From Bispira polyomma (lineage: Eukaryota): a stretch of DNA of 64,000 nucleotides. The position numbers were made by a program, and so were the translations under genes. Within the stretch, counting starts at the first letter, position 1; every line of letters starts with the position of its first letter. This document shows positions 34,428 through 47,470 of the stretch, one piece after another. Where the stretch lies: NCBI GenBank assembly GCA_965649765.1, contig OZ287750.1:54746001-54810000 (forward strand), in the 5' to 3' direction. A model generated the notes under the pieces. The model saw only the letters and a list, made by a program, of their open reading frames with translations, was not told where the DNA came from and made no database searches.

Positions 34428-36260
34428 TTAACTGGCTTCTGGTGGCTGCAGACTTAGAAGTTGATTTCCACGGTTTCTCTTTGAGACCAGATAGACCCTT
34501 CCGTCATGACAGTCGTAAAGTTTGCTCCCAATCCACTTATAATACCATCCTAGGCACCAGCTAAACCGACCCTCTAATGTGGTGACCAGTGCAAGCCTAT
34601 TCAGTGTGAGAATGAGTTTCTGATGTTCTGCTATGTTTGATGCTGAATTAGCCATGACTGCAATTAGGAAATTGATCAACATGATGGCAACCAAAAATAT
34701 AAACACCACATGAAGAGAATACAGAATGCCTATATTTGTAATGTTGAAGGCAGTCAGATCCACCATGTTTAGCATGATACGGAAGATGGTATATGTGGTT
34801 TTGAAGACACTGCTAAAATCATCAATACATCCTTCATTGGAGTTGTGATACACAAATGTTTGAAACACATGGATGAATGGTAGGATAATGATAAAGTATA
34901 GTGTCATAAAGTGGCCCATATCTCTGACCATTCCTTGTATGCTCATGATAGAAGAACCAACCACTGGCAGGAGCTGAATGAAGTAAAATATTGACCAAAC
35001 ACACATAATGGGTATTACTACTTTGGTAATATCTATGACTAAAATGACAGCATCACTTGCACCATTGTTAGATCTTGTCATAAGTAAGGGAACACATATT
35101 AGAACAGAAGAATACATGAAACACTGACAAACTCTGTAAAACATGGTATTAATAATTAATTGCTTCTTTCCTAACAAGCATTTTACAGGTTTATCACAAC
35201 CTCTATATTTAAACCGGATGATGTCAACAATATCAAAGATCATGAGTGCAACAGCTGCAGCCACTAGTATAACAGTCAAGCTATACCTAAACTCCTTTGA
35301 TAGTATAAGTTCCAAGTCAGGGCATGTATACTCAGTCAGGTTGCCTTGGTAAAGGTTCTGCATATAACCTGTATCAATATCAAAGATGAAGAAGGCTATC
35401 ATAAAGCTGAGTCTGATGAGAAACCAAAAAGCAACAGGTAACCAGTTTTGTTTACTCTTGGCCGCTATCCAGACAGTAAATAAAGGTCCAAACACAATAC
35501 TGGCAACCATTTTATCTGTCAGCTTTTCCTTCTGTAAATATGCAATATACCGAAGAGGAGATTTATTTTTACGACTTCCTGTTTCATACTCAGTGATGTC
35601 ATGCCATTGGTAGACAATTATTCCTCGAATGTCTTCATGAGCTACATAGATGTCTTTAGTTTCGAATATAGCCTTGACCAGTTGCAGTGTTCCCTGTTGA
35701 GCTGCATACTCCAATGGCCTCAGGCCATCATCATTTTCACCTTCAAGTAACTCCACCATGTGCTCCTTAGCGGTCTGAGAAAGTAGCCACTGAAACATAG
35801 TGCACATTTTTTCTTCCAATGTGGGGTAATACGTAGACATAGAAACAAGACTGTGGAGAACATTATGATTGGTACTGTCTTTTGTCAAGATTTTAACTCC
35901 ATAGTTAATCATCACTTCTGCGGCATGCTTAGCTCCCGCACCAACAGCCAGATGGAACGGCAGTGACACTCTGTACCGATGCTTCCCAAATACACTAATA
36001 CAATAATCATCCTCAAAGTCAAAAGGGCAATTTAGTAAGACATTCAAGTCTGCAGCTTCCTTACAAGATTTCAGAGCATTATCTACTTCCTGTGCATTAT
36101 CAAATATGAGAGCATCAAAGTAGTCCTGGTACAGCTGTATTGGTATGCTTGAGTCCAGAGGTTTCTTTTCGTTGTCTTCAGATTGATGCAGTTCATCAGT
36201 GGCTGAAACACCCTCCAATTTACCAACTCTAAATGTAGCTGTAGAGGATACTTTTGCCAT
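34428..36260 (-). CDS. TRPV-like cation channel, paralog 3 (610 aa)
   Basis: Intact ORF colinear with the other paralogs. Confidence 0.92.
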   Translation of the reverse strand: MAKVSSTATFRVGKLEGVSATDELHQSEDNEKKPLDSSIPIQLYQDYFDALIFDNAQEVDNALKSCKEAADLNVLLNCPFDFEDDYCISVFGKHRYRVSLPFHLAVGAGAKHAAEVMINYGVKILTKDSTNHNVLHSLVSMSTYYPTLEEKMCTMFQWLLSQTAKEHMVELLEGENDDGLRPLEYAAQQGTLQLVKAIFETKDIYVAHEDIRGIIVYQWHDITEYETGSRKNKSPLRYIAYLQKEKLTDKMVASIVFGPLFTVWIAAKSKQNWLPVAFWFLIRLSFMIAFFIFDIDTGYMQNLYQGNLTEYTCPDLELILSKEFRYSLTVILVAAAVALMIFDIVDIIRFKYRGCDKPVKCLLGKKQLIINTMFYRVCQCFMYSSVLICVPLLMTRSNNGASDAVILVIDITKVVIPIMCVWSIFYFIQLLPVVGSSIMSIQGMVRDMGHFMTLYFIIILPFIHVFQTFVYHNSNEGCIDDFSSVFKTTYTIFRIMLNMVDLTAFNITNIGILYSLHVVFIFLVAIMLINFLIAVMANSASNIAEHQKLILTLNRLALVTTLEGRFSWCLGWYYKWIGSKLYDCHDGRVYLVSKRNRGNQLLSLQPPEAS

Positions 36261-36380
36261 AGTTTTATAGTAGCAATTGCCAACATGAATCTTAGCAAAC
36301 TGTTTGAAACTGTCTTTTACAATTTTAGTGTAATAGATATTACTTCATATGTGTTAACTCCTGTCACACAGAAATGCTCT

Positions 36381-36420
36381 ACTCATTTTAGTGAAAGCAC
36401 CAAGTCTATTTATATATACA
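36381..36420 (-). promoter_or_regulatory. Putative TATA box (TATATATAAATA) and initiator of paralog 3
   Basis: Positionally homologous to paralogs 1 and 2. Confidence 0.5.
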
Positions 36421-37849
36421 CAGTAAAGGTCCCTTAGCAGCAAATCAATCCATCAGTGAAAATATCCAGCCACAATTCATAACAGGAATATTATTGTTGA
36501 CAGTGTTAATCGTCCACAGTACCCCTGATCAACAAAATCCCATTTATAGATGTCAAAAACAACAACAGTTATTATCTAAGGCAATAAATTACAGATAAAA
36601 GGACCAGTTTCATGCTGTATGTGTGTCATTACATAAAATATTTCGATATGTTTCTGGGTGAGTGAGGAATTGTAAAATCAACATTTAGCCTTAGTAATGA
36701 CTGAATTATCATGGCACATTCTCTAGCCATTAATGGCTAAACGGAACTTATTGTTCTGTTTGGATACCTTGGCAACAACAAAACAGATTATTGTATTGTG
36801 GCATTTCATTTTTCTTGGCGAAATAGTGCATAAGTGAACTCCAACGTAAACTGCAAATATAGATTTTTTTTTTTATTGCAATTATAGATTTTGTAAAGTA
36901 GAAAAGTAAATAGAAAGTTCTTGTTGGATATATGACACTAATTCTGTTTGAATTTAGATATTCTGATGCAGAAAAGGTTAAATGCAGGCATCAATTGCAT
37001 GCTTTAAGTACATATTCACTGAATATAATAACTATATTTGAATCACCATAATCCTGCTTAACGTCAGACTATACAAAATGGACCTGCATGCATTTCCCAC
37101 TTGTCAGAGGAAGTTGTAAATGTTACAATGGTTTATGACATTGAAGTGGTAAGCTGCCTGGTGACAGCTTTTTTTTGTTACTGTTAAAGTATATACAACT
37201 TGGCTGTTTATGACAAAGAATTATTTATACCATGCAGAACGACAATTGTGTGTTATTGGATACCAAAGGCAAAATTTGCTCTGATCAGTGTAATATTTAT
37301 GACCTAATAAATAATTGATCTACCCTTTAGATAATATCCATCAATTGTAGCTTAGACTTGAATGCAGCATTGATTATCGAAAAACATCCAATGTTGGGGG
37401 GGGGGGGGGGGGGGGGTGTTAAGTAGGTACTTAAATTTCTGGGCCATTTCTCAACGGATTTTTGATGAAAATAAAATCTCGCAGTAATCACAGTAACATA
37501 AGCTTGTCCAGTTTCATTAAAAAATCCTCCGGCCTCAGGCTAAAGCACCTGCACAATATTCTTGAATCTGTGCTGTCCTATTACCACATTTGTTACTGTC
37601 AAAGTAACTTGGCTGTATATAGATCTACATTATACATATGTACATGTTCTATTTAAAAAAAAGTTTGAACCTGCAGTTTACCTGTTATTTACCAATACAC
37701 TGTTTGTTTTCATTATTTCTGAAAAAAATTATCTTACATGTGACTTTTATGATCGTTTGTGATTGTGACATTTGTTTGACATATTTAAGGAATATAAAAA
37801 TAAATGGTAATGTATTTAGATTTTTAACGAGACATCTTCTAAAGCGCAA

Positions 37850-38250
37850 CAGAATTACATAACTGATGGAGAAGGTCCAAAAACCAGCCAAGGTTGTAAG
37901 GAAGTATGTGTGGGTGTACAAATAGGGAACTAAAGGGATAGGCGAGTTTAAAGAGATAGGTTTTAAGCTTCTTCCTAAAACCAGAAAGTGCTTTAAGTGA
38001 TGTAAGCTCAACAGGGAGACTATTCCATAACATAGAAGAAAGCTCTAGATCCTGCCCCCTTGGTAGGTTTGACAGAGGAAACAGAAAGTCTTTTTCCCCG
38101 TTTAAGGTTAATGAAGGAAAGGTCGGAGGGCTGGCGAGAGATAACAGCTTTAGAAGTAGTTACATGGATTTTAAACAAAATACGATAATGAATAGGAAGC
38201 CAATGTAGTTTTTTGAGGTATAGAGAGACATCACTACGGATACCCAGTTG
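37850..38250 (-). mobile_element. L2 LINE 3' fragment
   Basis: LKKLHWLPIHYRILFKI...GSRAF, LWNSLPVEL...FRKKLKTYLFKLAYP; AAGCGC-type tail. Confidence 0.8.
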
Positions 38251-38309
38251 AAAAATGACTCGATCACACATAGTTTTGATTGGACTCCAACTTGTTTATG
38301 TGATAAAGA

Positions 38310-38830
38310 ACTAGCTAATATCACTTTCCATACCTACCGGCGATCTGGGGCGACAATGGCCTTTAATGCCCATGTTCCCCTCCAAGACATTCAAAGTCAG
38401 GGCATTTGGTCCTCTGAGTGTGTGTGGAGATATATCACACAGGACCACTCAGACTTTGATCAAGTAGCCCTACCTCTCCAATCTCTGCTCAACCCTATTC
38501 CTACTTCCTAGTTGGGCCTAGGTGGTTATTCTCTCTTTTACTATAATTTATATGCTATAATTTTACAATTTTCTTATCTATTTAAGGCCACCTTATACTC
38601 AAAAACATTACTTAACCTTCACTAGATATGTGTAAGGCTAAGGCCAGTATAAATCATGTAATTCGTTAAGGTTACCTTAAATTTTGCTAAACCTAAACTC
38701 CAATTTTAAAGTTATGTTAACCTTAAACTTAGTCGACGTTAAGTCACTCTTAAGGTGAACTTAGACTAAGTAAAACTTTTGGCTAAGGCGGCCTCATTTA
38801 TATTAACTAAATTTTAACCAGTTACATATA
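38310..38830 (+). mobile_element. YR retrotransposon 3' remnant (recombinase C-terminus plus downstream region)
   Basis: TFHTYRRSGATMAFNAHVPLQDIQSQGIWSSECVWRYI, homologous to 25200-25398, followed by an AAGGTNACCTT-rich tract. Confidence 0.8.
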
Positions 38831-39559
38831 TATATATATATGTGTAGAATTAGAATAAAAATATATATCCCAACTGCTCGTCTCACTTCAAGGTCATATC
38901 TATAAACTTCAAGGTCAGGGCACTGAACTTCATAATGGTCTCCTGTTTACAAAAATCCCATTTATAAAATCCTGGATCAGTTTCAGGAGGACAAAGTGCA
39001 GAGAGATTGAGGTTGTCAAAACTGCTTGGGTGGCCTCACACATCTCTGAAAGCTCATGTTTAGTTGGCTCTAATCATTTTCCCCTTTATTTTCATACATA
39101 TTATTCTGCTGTCATCAGCATTCAGACTGTAAATGGTTATTTATCTCGAACCCAACATTTTTGATTTTGATATATTTTAATATTTTTTTTTCAAGACAGG
39201 CAGTCTATTGGTGAAGAAAAGCTGTTTTGACTCTCAAGATTTGTGCACTGTAAACCCACAGCCTTCACCAGTCAAACGCCAACTAAAGAGATGGGTGGCA
39301 AGTGTTTAACCAATACACCACCAAGGCACCAAACAACATTGTAGAAGAGGTTACAGATGAGACATGTGTTATCCTTTATTCTGTTCCTGATTCATACAAT
39401 CCACATTTTCGATATTCGTGAAAATTTACAAAAAAAGAGTCTGCTGCCCTTGTCCATTTAAAATATGTGTTATGGGTCTGATCTTTTTTACAAATAGAGA
39501 TGGCTCACTCATTTTATTGTAATATAATGAAAAATAACATTCCTGGAGTGTGCTGGACG

Positions 39560-39765
39560 AAACCTTATGGAGGATGAGCCTGTCTGAAAATTAATTTCTT
39601 AAGGTTTCTTTTGAATGCGCTTAGGCTTATAAGATGACTATGGATATTAGTAGGAAGCTTGTTCCATTCACTTGAATCTGCATAAGTAAAACAATGACTG
39701 CCAAACTTTTTGTGGGGACGGTACTTTGAGACTAGGAGTCCATTTCCTCTAGTCAAGTTACCATA
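39560..39765 (-). mobile_element. L2 LINE 3' fragment
   Basis: FGSHCFTYADSSEWNKLP...FKRNLKKLIFRQAHPP. Confidence 0.7.
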
Positions 39766-40149
39766 CACAACAATATTATGGCTACAAACGTTTTATGGAA
39801 ACAAGACTTTTTATTGCTCAAGTACGTCTTTTGGATATTAACCAATCGGTGATTGAAAATGTATTGCAATTATCGTCAGGGAAAATAGAGCAGCCATATG
39901 CATGGTCAAGTTTATTTTGAACAACCAATGAAAATACAACAAATTTGTCAAAAGGTATCAATAGAACAATATAAATAAGCAAATGTTTAATTGAAATATG
40001 ATTTGTATTGAACACCATCCAACCAAACCTCAAACCTCATTATAGTATCATCATCAAAACAATGCCCTTGTCAGAAATATATAAAAAAGTATAAAATACA
40101 TATCACAATAAACACTTGCATTTTGTTACTATTTGGATGATCATTTTGC

Positions 40150-42465
40150 CCTTTGCTTCAATCTAGACCTGTGTAAGCCATGTCACATCCGAAAAGAAAT
40201 TACCTTTAGAAAGTATGGTGCCATATATGTACCAGATTTAATCAAGGATGTGGCAGCATCTCCAGCTTTAAATAACACAGAATGATCCGTTGATGCACTT
40301 GTTGAAGCTACAATACAGGTGTCTGAGCTATCATTAATCAACACGCCCCAAAAATTACAAAGCAATTACACTGAGACTAAATGCTCTTTACTCTAATGAA
40401 ATCGAAGATGCTAAGCATAAATGCAGGAGGGCTGACAAGATAAAACTAAGTATACATCAGAACCTTTTTGAGCAGCAGTGCCAGGCAGTGAATGAACTGC
40501 TAATATATCATAAGAAACAACAATATTCAACCAAGATAAGTGAGTGTGCTGGACATCAAAAACATCTTTTCAAACTAACAAGATATTTGATGGACGACAA
40601 ACGCGTGTGATCCTACCATATTGTACATCAAAGGCTGCTCTGGTAGACAAGTTCAACACCTTCTTTGTAAATAAAGTTATAACTATCCAGAATAACATCA
40701 GTGCTTGCAGTTCTGATATCACCAGTGATTCCAGTAGGAATTCTGATGTTGTATTAAATTGACAGCTTATTTTTCCCAGCCACTACAGATGAAGTTAAAA
40801 CCAATTTGCTAAAGCTCCAAACAAATCCTGTAAGTTGGATCCTTTTCTAACTTATATTTTGAAGCAATGTTTAGATCATCTTCTACCATTGATAACTGCC
40901 ATCAGAAATAAGTCACAGGCTGAATCCAGGGTAACACCAGCTTTTATACAGTCTATTGTACGATCTCTGCAAAAAAAGCCTGGTCTAAATAAAGAAGACT
41001 ATCGTCCAGTTTCCAAGTTACTCTTTGTGTCTAAGCTTGAAAAAATGTTGTAGCTAAACGCTTGTATAAACAGTTAAACAAAAATATGTTGCAACACAGT
41101 CTACAATCAGCATATCGTAAACGCAACACCACTGAAACTGCTTTGCTCACAGTTTACCATGATATTGCAGAAGCTCTTCATTAAAATTCCATGGCTAGTT
41201 TGGTTATGCTGGATGTATCTCCTGCATTCGATGTTACAGATCACAATATTTTATCAAAACGTTTTCAATGCTCATTTGGAATTGGATAAAAGCCGCTGGC
41301 ATCATCAGACTCATATCTGAGTAACAGGGTGCAGCAGACAGTGTGCAGCAATTGGTGATACTATATCTGCTGAAAAAAAAACATGTTTTGGAGTCCCTCA
41401 AAGATCCGTACTCTGTCTCAAGAATTATAGCATGGATACCAAACCTGTTGGTGAAATAGTTAGGAAGCATAACCTCAAATATCATTGTTATGCTGATGGT
41501 ACACAGGTATACATTACCATAACACCAGGTGATGTTACATATAAAATGGAAGCATGTGCTACTGACATAAGTGTGTGTGGAAACATGCTGAAACTTAATC
41601 AAGATAAAACAAAAGTTATGGTGTTTGCTCCCAAGCATCAAATCAAGAAACTTACTGATCGGAACCTTGATATAGGACTTAAAGTATTCTTTGACAAGGA
41701 GCCTAACAATGGAAAAACAGGTAAATGCCATATCAAAATCATGCTACTACCAGATCTCAAAAATTGGCCAAAATATGTTACAGAAGATGCCTGTAAAACA
41801 CTGGTTCAAGCATTGGTGATCTTTCGTCTGGATTATAGGAATGCATTATTCCATTGTATTCCCAAGTCACTCACCTGCTCGTTTTCCACTAATACGGAAT
41901 TGTGCTGCTTGCCTTGCAACATATACACGTAAGCGAAATTACATCACACCAGTTCTGTACAGGCCACAATACTAGATCCTACTGTACACATATAAGGCAT
42001 GGAAAGGACTGGCTCCGGTATACCGTAGTGATCTTGTGTAAAGATATCAACCATCACAATCCCTACAATCCAAAACAAAATAACAATAAGTAGCAATAAC
42101 ACACAATGCAACATATGGCAACAGATGTTTCAACAAATCTGCAGCTGTATTATGGAATGATTTGCCAGACAATGTCAAACATGCCAAGATCGTAGGGTCC
42201 TTTAAGTCTAAACTTAAAACACATCTTTTTAAAACAGCTTATGAAATATATTAAAATATCAAATAACTTTGGAATAACAATTTGAGAGCTTTTTATTGGT
42301 TAAACCCCTAGCTCTAAGCGGGATCATTACATTTTAATTAAGTACTGTTTAATAAAACATTATATATGTTTATTGTACTGTATTATATAATTATTATTAC
42401 TCAATGTTTTATTGTAAAGCACTTTAGAGCATTTCTATGAAGAGCGCAATATAAATCTAGTATAT
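40150..42465 (+). mobile_element. Degraded L2/CR1-clade LINE
   Basis: DKFNTFFVNKV, LDHLLPLIT, YRPVSKL, QSAYR...TETALL, YHCYADGTQVY, LKLNQDKT, LVQALVIFRLDY; GAGCGCAATATAAAT tail. Confidence 0.85.
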
Positions 42466-42534
42466 CATTTGTTTACCAACATTCATCTTCAAAACAGTTC
42501 CTTGACCACAAGACTTCTTTTGAGCAAGAAAGTT

Positions 42535-43300
42535 TTTAAAAGATATCCAGACTTTGTCGAATTTTTCTTTATCCTCTATCTTTTCATGGAGATATACTTG
42601 CTCATTGTAATTTTGAGTTAATTTGACTTTTAGGCCAGTAATATTTGGGATACATTTATTTACTGCACATTTGAAAATATATAATTTTGTGATGGCAATC
42701 AAATTGTCAACTGGAATGAGTGAGTTATCTTTATTTAAAAAGCCTAGTATGATATCTAATGGAGAGAATTTTATAGTTTTACCTATTCTCAAAAACATCA
42801 AATTTGCCAAGGATTTCCATAAATCCGCAACATAATCGCATGATACTAACAAATGCATATACGTTTCATGCCCTTTCTGCAATTGTCACATGTATCAATA
42901 GACATTTTGTAAAGAAGATCCCTTGAACATATTCTATGTTTTTATTTTTACTGAAACCAGACCAAGGAATTGTACAATATTAAACATGAGATAGAAAACT
43001 CCATGTCACACTATCAATATGTACTTCTAAATCTCTATTCCATTTTAATTTATATTTACATTCCACCTGTTCCACATTTATTTTGTTATAAATAAATTTA
43101 CAACACCTGTTACATTTTAATATAAGGGACATGTGGTGAGGGATATAAGGTCTTGAGAAAGAGTAGTTTTCATTTATCAGATGTCTTTCATCATTGGTGA
43201 ATCTTTGTATAACAGATCTGATTTAAAAATATTCTAAGAGGTTTTTTATTCGAAAACTATAGTTTTTTTCTATTTCTTCTCTTTTGAATAGTTGTAGATT
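42535..43300 (-). mobile_element. L1/Tx1-type LINE 3' fragment
   Basis: HETYMHLLVSCDYVADLW...DIILGF...ITKLYIFKC, the post-RT Zn-finger/C-terminal region. Confidence 0.65.
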
Positions 43301-43494
43301 CGGTTGGACAATAAGAAAGTTCACAAATATACACATATGACTAAAATGTATCAATCCATTATAACCATAACTTGCATGGAGACATTATATGTAGTGGTTT
43401 GTGTGTGGCATATATATGCTTGCAGCTTTCCATGATGCATTCAATTTGAACAACACATACACCTCGTTACATCATAATGTGCTCCTCTCTGTTG

Positions 43495-43550
43495 CTTATT
43501 AGGTGCACAACATGGCACGTTGCCCCACTCCAGGAAAGCCCTGGGTTGTA
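43495..43550 (-). pseudogene. TGF-beta-family last-exon remnant
   Basis: Translates QPRAFLEWGNVPCCAPNK versus QSRAFEERGKAPCCAPNK in the intact exon; flanked by homologous 3' UTR and intron sequence. Confidence 0.85.
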
Positions 43551-45419
43551 TTTTTAGAATTTTTTATTACCAAGTAACATTATTTATATACAGAGGATCT
43601 TTTATTTTATGAAATTTTTATTTCAAAAAACCAAATCTAGACAGGGAACAATTTTCGAGTATATTTCAGGGTTAAGAGGAGTGAGTTATTGGAAGTGAGC
43701 TTAACAAACATCGTTACGTTTTTGCACAAGTCCATTTTGTTTGTTAGCGGGATTATACAAAAACTAATCTGAGGGAAATATGTTGAAAGGAAGTCATAGG
43801 TAATATTAAATAATGACTTATAAACTTGGCCAATGTTGTCCTTCCTAGAAAAAAAGGCCAGGCTAAGTTTATATTTGAGAAGATAATTTTCACACCCCCT
43901 GGAACTAATTTTTACAATTGTCTAAGTTTTCATATGACTATATTAGTGCAGGTGTACATAGTGAGTGATTCACCAGTACATGAGTATGTATCAGTATAAG
44001 GATGGGTCTAACAAGCTATGACTTAGCTTGACCATGATTCACTGACTTGACCTCTGCTTGACCTTTAGTGGTGATTTCCCCTCTTTGTAGTGCCTCATGC
44101 GCTGAGTCAGAGATGCATTAGTTAGTCCTTCCAGTCGCTGGTGTCCCCTTCTGGATTTGACGGTCAAGGTATTTACAATTTCAGTCTTGTGGCATAAGCC
44201 TTTATGCTAATATCTGATTGTTGTTTACATTGCTTGTGCTTCTTACTAATCTTCTTTTTATAGGCATTATTATTTTGTACTATACCATTGTGTGTGGATG
44301 TTTTTATATTTTTTTTTATAAATTCTAAAATCTTTACTTGGTATTTAAATATCTACTGTAAATATTATTTTTTAAATTAAAAAAAAATAATTTTTATATT
44401 ATTTTTATTAATACCTCAATTATTGTTAACAAAAAGGTTTTACATTATGCAAATTACTACTACAACGCAACATATTGTTTAACCTGAATAAAAAAAAAAA
44501 TATGTTACAATTAGTAGAATACACCATTACAACAGCCTTTAGTTTTGTTTCTTACATTGTCATTTACAGTGTAGTGAGAAAAATTTTGACAACAATTTTA
44601 ATGAAGCTTCTTAAAAGGAACAAGGGAGATGCTATTCTGAGTGTTAACAGATAATGCTATTGTTCGAAAGGCATAATATGGTTTAAAATGAGGTACTAGC
44701 AAAACTCCTAAGAAATAACACCAAAAACATTTTCAAGACAATCTGATTTGTTGTTGAGAATGTATCCAAATCTAATGCTTTCAAATTTCACTTTCAGGAT
44801 TCGCAAAAATTCAAAAATGATATTTACAGACGCACTGAGCTGTCATTTCTTTGTTTCATATTAACTGATATCTACAAGTCAGTAGCTAAAAATAAGAAAA
44901 AAAGTTAGTAACTGGTAGCTACATATTAAAAGGTGGTATCCACATTCAGTTTGTATAAATTTTTACTTACAATAGAGCCTCTTGCGATGGCAATTAAGCA
45001 GAATTCAAATATAAATGGTATTCCAATGGTGTTGATATCAAAAGAGCTCACAGGTTACTACCAAGATCCAACTTGGGTTCAAAGTGGGTGAAGCCCGTCC
45101 AAGGTCAGCCTCAACCACAAAAGAGATGAAGTCCAAAGCCAAAGAGCAGATGAGAAGTTAAAGTTGATGAGTTATAAAGTAAATGGTTACTATAAAGCAA
45201 GCATGGCGCAAGCAGTGCTTATATGATGGTTTAATACATTTGTTAAAGAAGTAAAACTAAACACCAATATACACAACAGTTTTAGCAGTTTTATTTTAGC
45301 TTTTTTAATATATATTTGTTAAAAACTGTACATATCTCTACTTATTGAAACTATCAATGTGTCAGTTGTTAGTCCATTCATGATATCAAAGTCCTGTCCG
45401 GGTGAAGGTAGAGACTAGC

Positions 45420-45575
45420 CAAATCAAAGTCAAAGTTTAGGGTTTTAGGTCCCGTTCAACAGCCAGGGTCATATTGGGACAGGCCCACAGCATCTGTCAC
45501 TTGTGGGAGGCAAACTCACACAGAGGTGACAGCCTGTGATTAGATGCCAAACTTGCTAAACATTGGGCCACTGAG
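45420..45575 (-). mobile_element. tRNA-derived SINE, degraded
   Basis: Minus strand TGGCCCAATGTTTAGC A box, degenerate B box, GTTGAACGGGACCTAAAAC and (TTTGAC)n tail. Confidence 0.7.
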
Positions 45576-45765
45576 CATTAAAACAATAAAATACAAAATT
45601 CAAGGCATACAAAAGGCTATAGTAAGCCAGAAAGTATCGTCCAGACCCTAAATGAGTATAATAGAAAGTCCCGCACCACACACACCAGAGAGGAGTTCTC
45701 CATCTGTAGACCAGATATAACAAGTCAATTCCAGCATTCTAGTCCAGTAATATTCCTCGCATATT

Positions 45766-46027
45766 CAGGGGCGTAGCTACCATTAACGCCAGTACGCCCA
45801 GGCGTACCAATTTTAAACAAGAAAGAAAAAAAAAATTAAAGAAAAAAAAAAAAAATTTGAAAAAAAACTTTTTAAAATAAATTTAAATTTTCTTTGTATT
45901 CTGTTTGTTTTAGCAGCAACATCAAATTGCTGTTGTTAAAATTTTTTTTTATGTTGATGCACGCCCCCCCCCCAATATATTGGTTTAATTTGGGAGTACC
46001 AGATGAAAAATCCTGGCTACTCCCCTG
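45766..46027. mobile_element. MITE with short terminal inverted repeats
   Basis: CAGGGGCGTAGC ... GCTACTCCCCTG with an A/T-run interior; second copy at 47159-47470. Confidence 0.75.
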
Positions 46028-46342
46028 AATATTCCAGAGATAATCAGAGGCAACGCAACTATGTGCCAGTCCAGGTTAGACGCAATCCATCCTGACATCA
46101 AGGTAGAACCATTGGACCTTCAAAATACTTCCAGTCGTGTGCAATATTACCTCAAATACAAAAGACATGGTTTAGTACAGGGACAGCAACGGGTGGGAGG
46201 GGAATATTGTTTAAAACAGGTCTTTCTGGCAGGTAACCAACTCCACACTGACCGTGCCAGGTGGGGTTTTGTACAGAAAGACTGACCACCTTCTCTCAGC
46301 CAATCACAGGTTGCCTAATGTTAACATTCCATATCACCCCAC

Positions 46343-46683
46343 TTTCTAGGCCTATCACAAACTGCCACATGCTACATCAGCAAACCATGTCAGCCATATT
46401 TAATACTTTTTTAATATTAACAAAAAGGCCAAACCAACCTAGTGTACAAATAGAGACACCTTTAATCCCTGGTATCAACTGACCCGTGGTGAAGACCACA
46501 ATCACTATGTTGATGATACTTTCCTATTTTTAGGAGGTTCTAGAGAATCTTTAATTTCAAGCATAACCATCCTAAATGATTTTTGGGTTGGTTTGGCCTT
46601 TTTGTTGATATTAAAAAAGTATTAAATATGGTTGACATGGTTTGCTGATGCTAGCATGTGGCAGTTTGTGATAGGCCTAGAAA
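46343..46683. mobile_element. Foldback/MITE with ~97-bp inverted arms
   Basis: 46343-46439 is the near-perfect reverse complement of 46586-46683. Confidence 0.85.
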
Positions 46684-47158
46684 TTATATTGTCTTTCTTG
46701 ACTTTTTGACAATACTCACAAAATATCAATTTTGTCTATTTATCCCCATCTTTTCCTGTTTTTATAGAAAGCCATGGGTAGCTAGTAGTCCATTTTTTTC
46801 AGTTACCAGTGAAACTTGACTACCTGTGTGACATCTCAATTAAATGTCCAGCACTCTGTCAATAACATGGTCTAAGATGTATTTTGCAACACCAAAAATA
46901 CTGATAATTGGATTTTACTTTAAAAAAGATGTAATACTTGATTGATAAGCCATGTTATCAAATTGAGCCTTAAGGTGAACAGTAAAAAAATGACATAAAC
47001 TAAGATTCAGTAAGTCTAACTTGTAAAAACAAGATACATCGTATCATAATTATTGCCGTTTTTGGCGTTTTTCAGCAGGAAATGAACTATTTTACCCTCG
47101 TTTCGGGTACGTTTTGTCAATACTCGAGGTCTCACAGAGATCTCGCAAAGAAAAAATC

Positions 47159-47470
47159 AACGCCAGTACGCCCAGGCGTACCAATTTAATGACAAGAAAG
47201 AAGAAAAAAAAAAAAAAAAAAAATAAATAAATAAAAAATTAAAAAAAAAAAAAAAAAAAATGATTTAAATTTTTTTTTATTCTGTTTGTTTTACTAGTAA
47301 CATAGATTCTTGTTGTGTTGTTAAATAAAATTTTATTTGGTCTTCCCAATTAAACCACAATATTATGTTAGTGACCCCCCCTCCCCCCCCCTCTAATTGA
47401 ATTTTTGGTAGGACAAAAAGAAATATTTTAATTTGGGAGTACCAGATGAAAAATCCTGGCTACTCCCCTG
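47159..47470. mobile_element. Second copy of the MITE, lacking the left terminal repeat
   Basis: AACGCCAGTACGCCCAGGCGTACCAATTT...TTTAATTTGGGAGTACCAGATGAAAAATCCTGGCTACTCCCCTG identical to 45766-46027. Confidence 0.75.

Larger units (their letters stand above)
38990..44030. repeat. Segmental duplicate of 53340-56910 (TGF-beta 3' flank, last exon remnant and last intron), interrupted by LINEs
   Basis: Colinear blocks 39010~53360, 39890~54560, 42470~54822, 43355~54948, 43660~55500 and 43860~56740. Confidence 0.85.

Noticed and set aside
37396-37416. Poly-G run (and poly-C near 48030) as G-quadruplex elements
   Set aside because: Simple homopolymers, not conserved between paralogous flanks.
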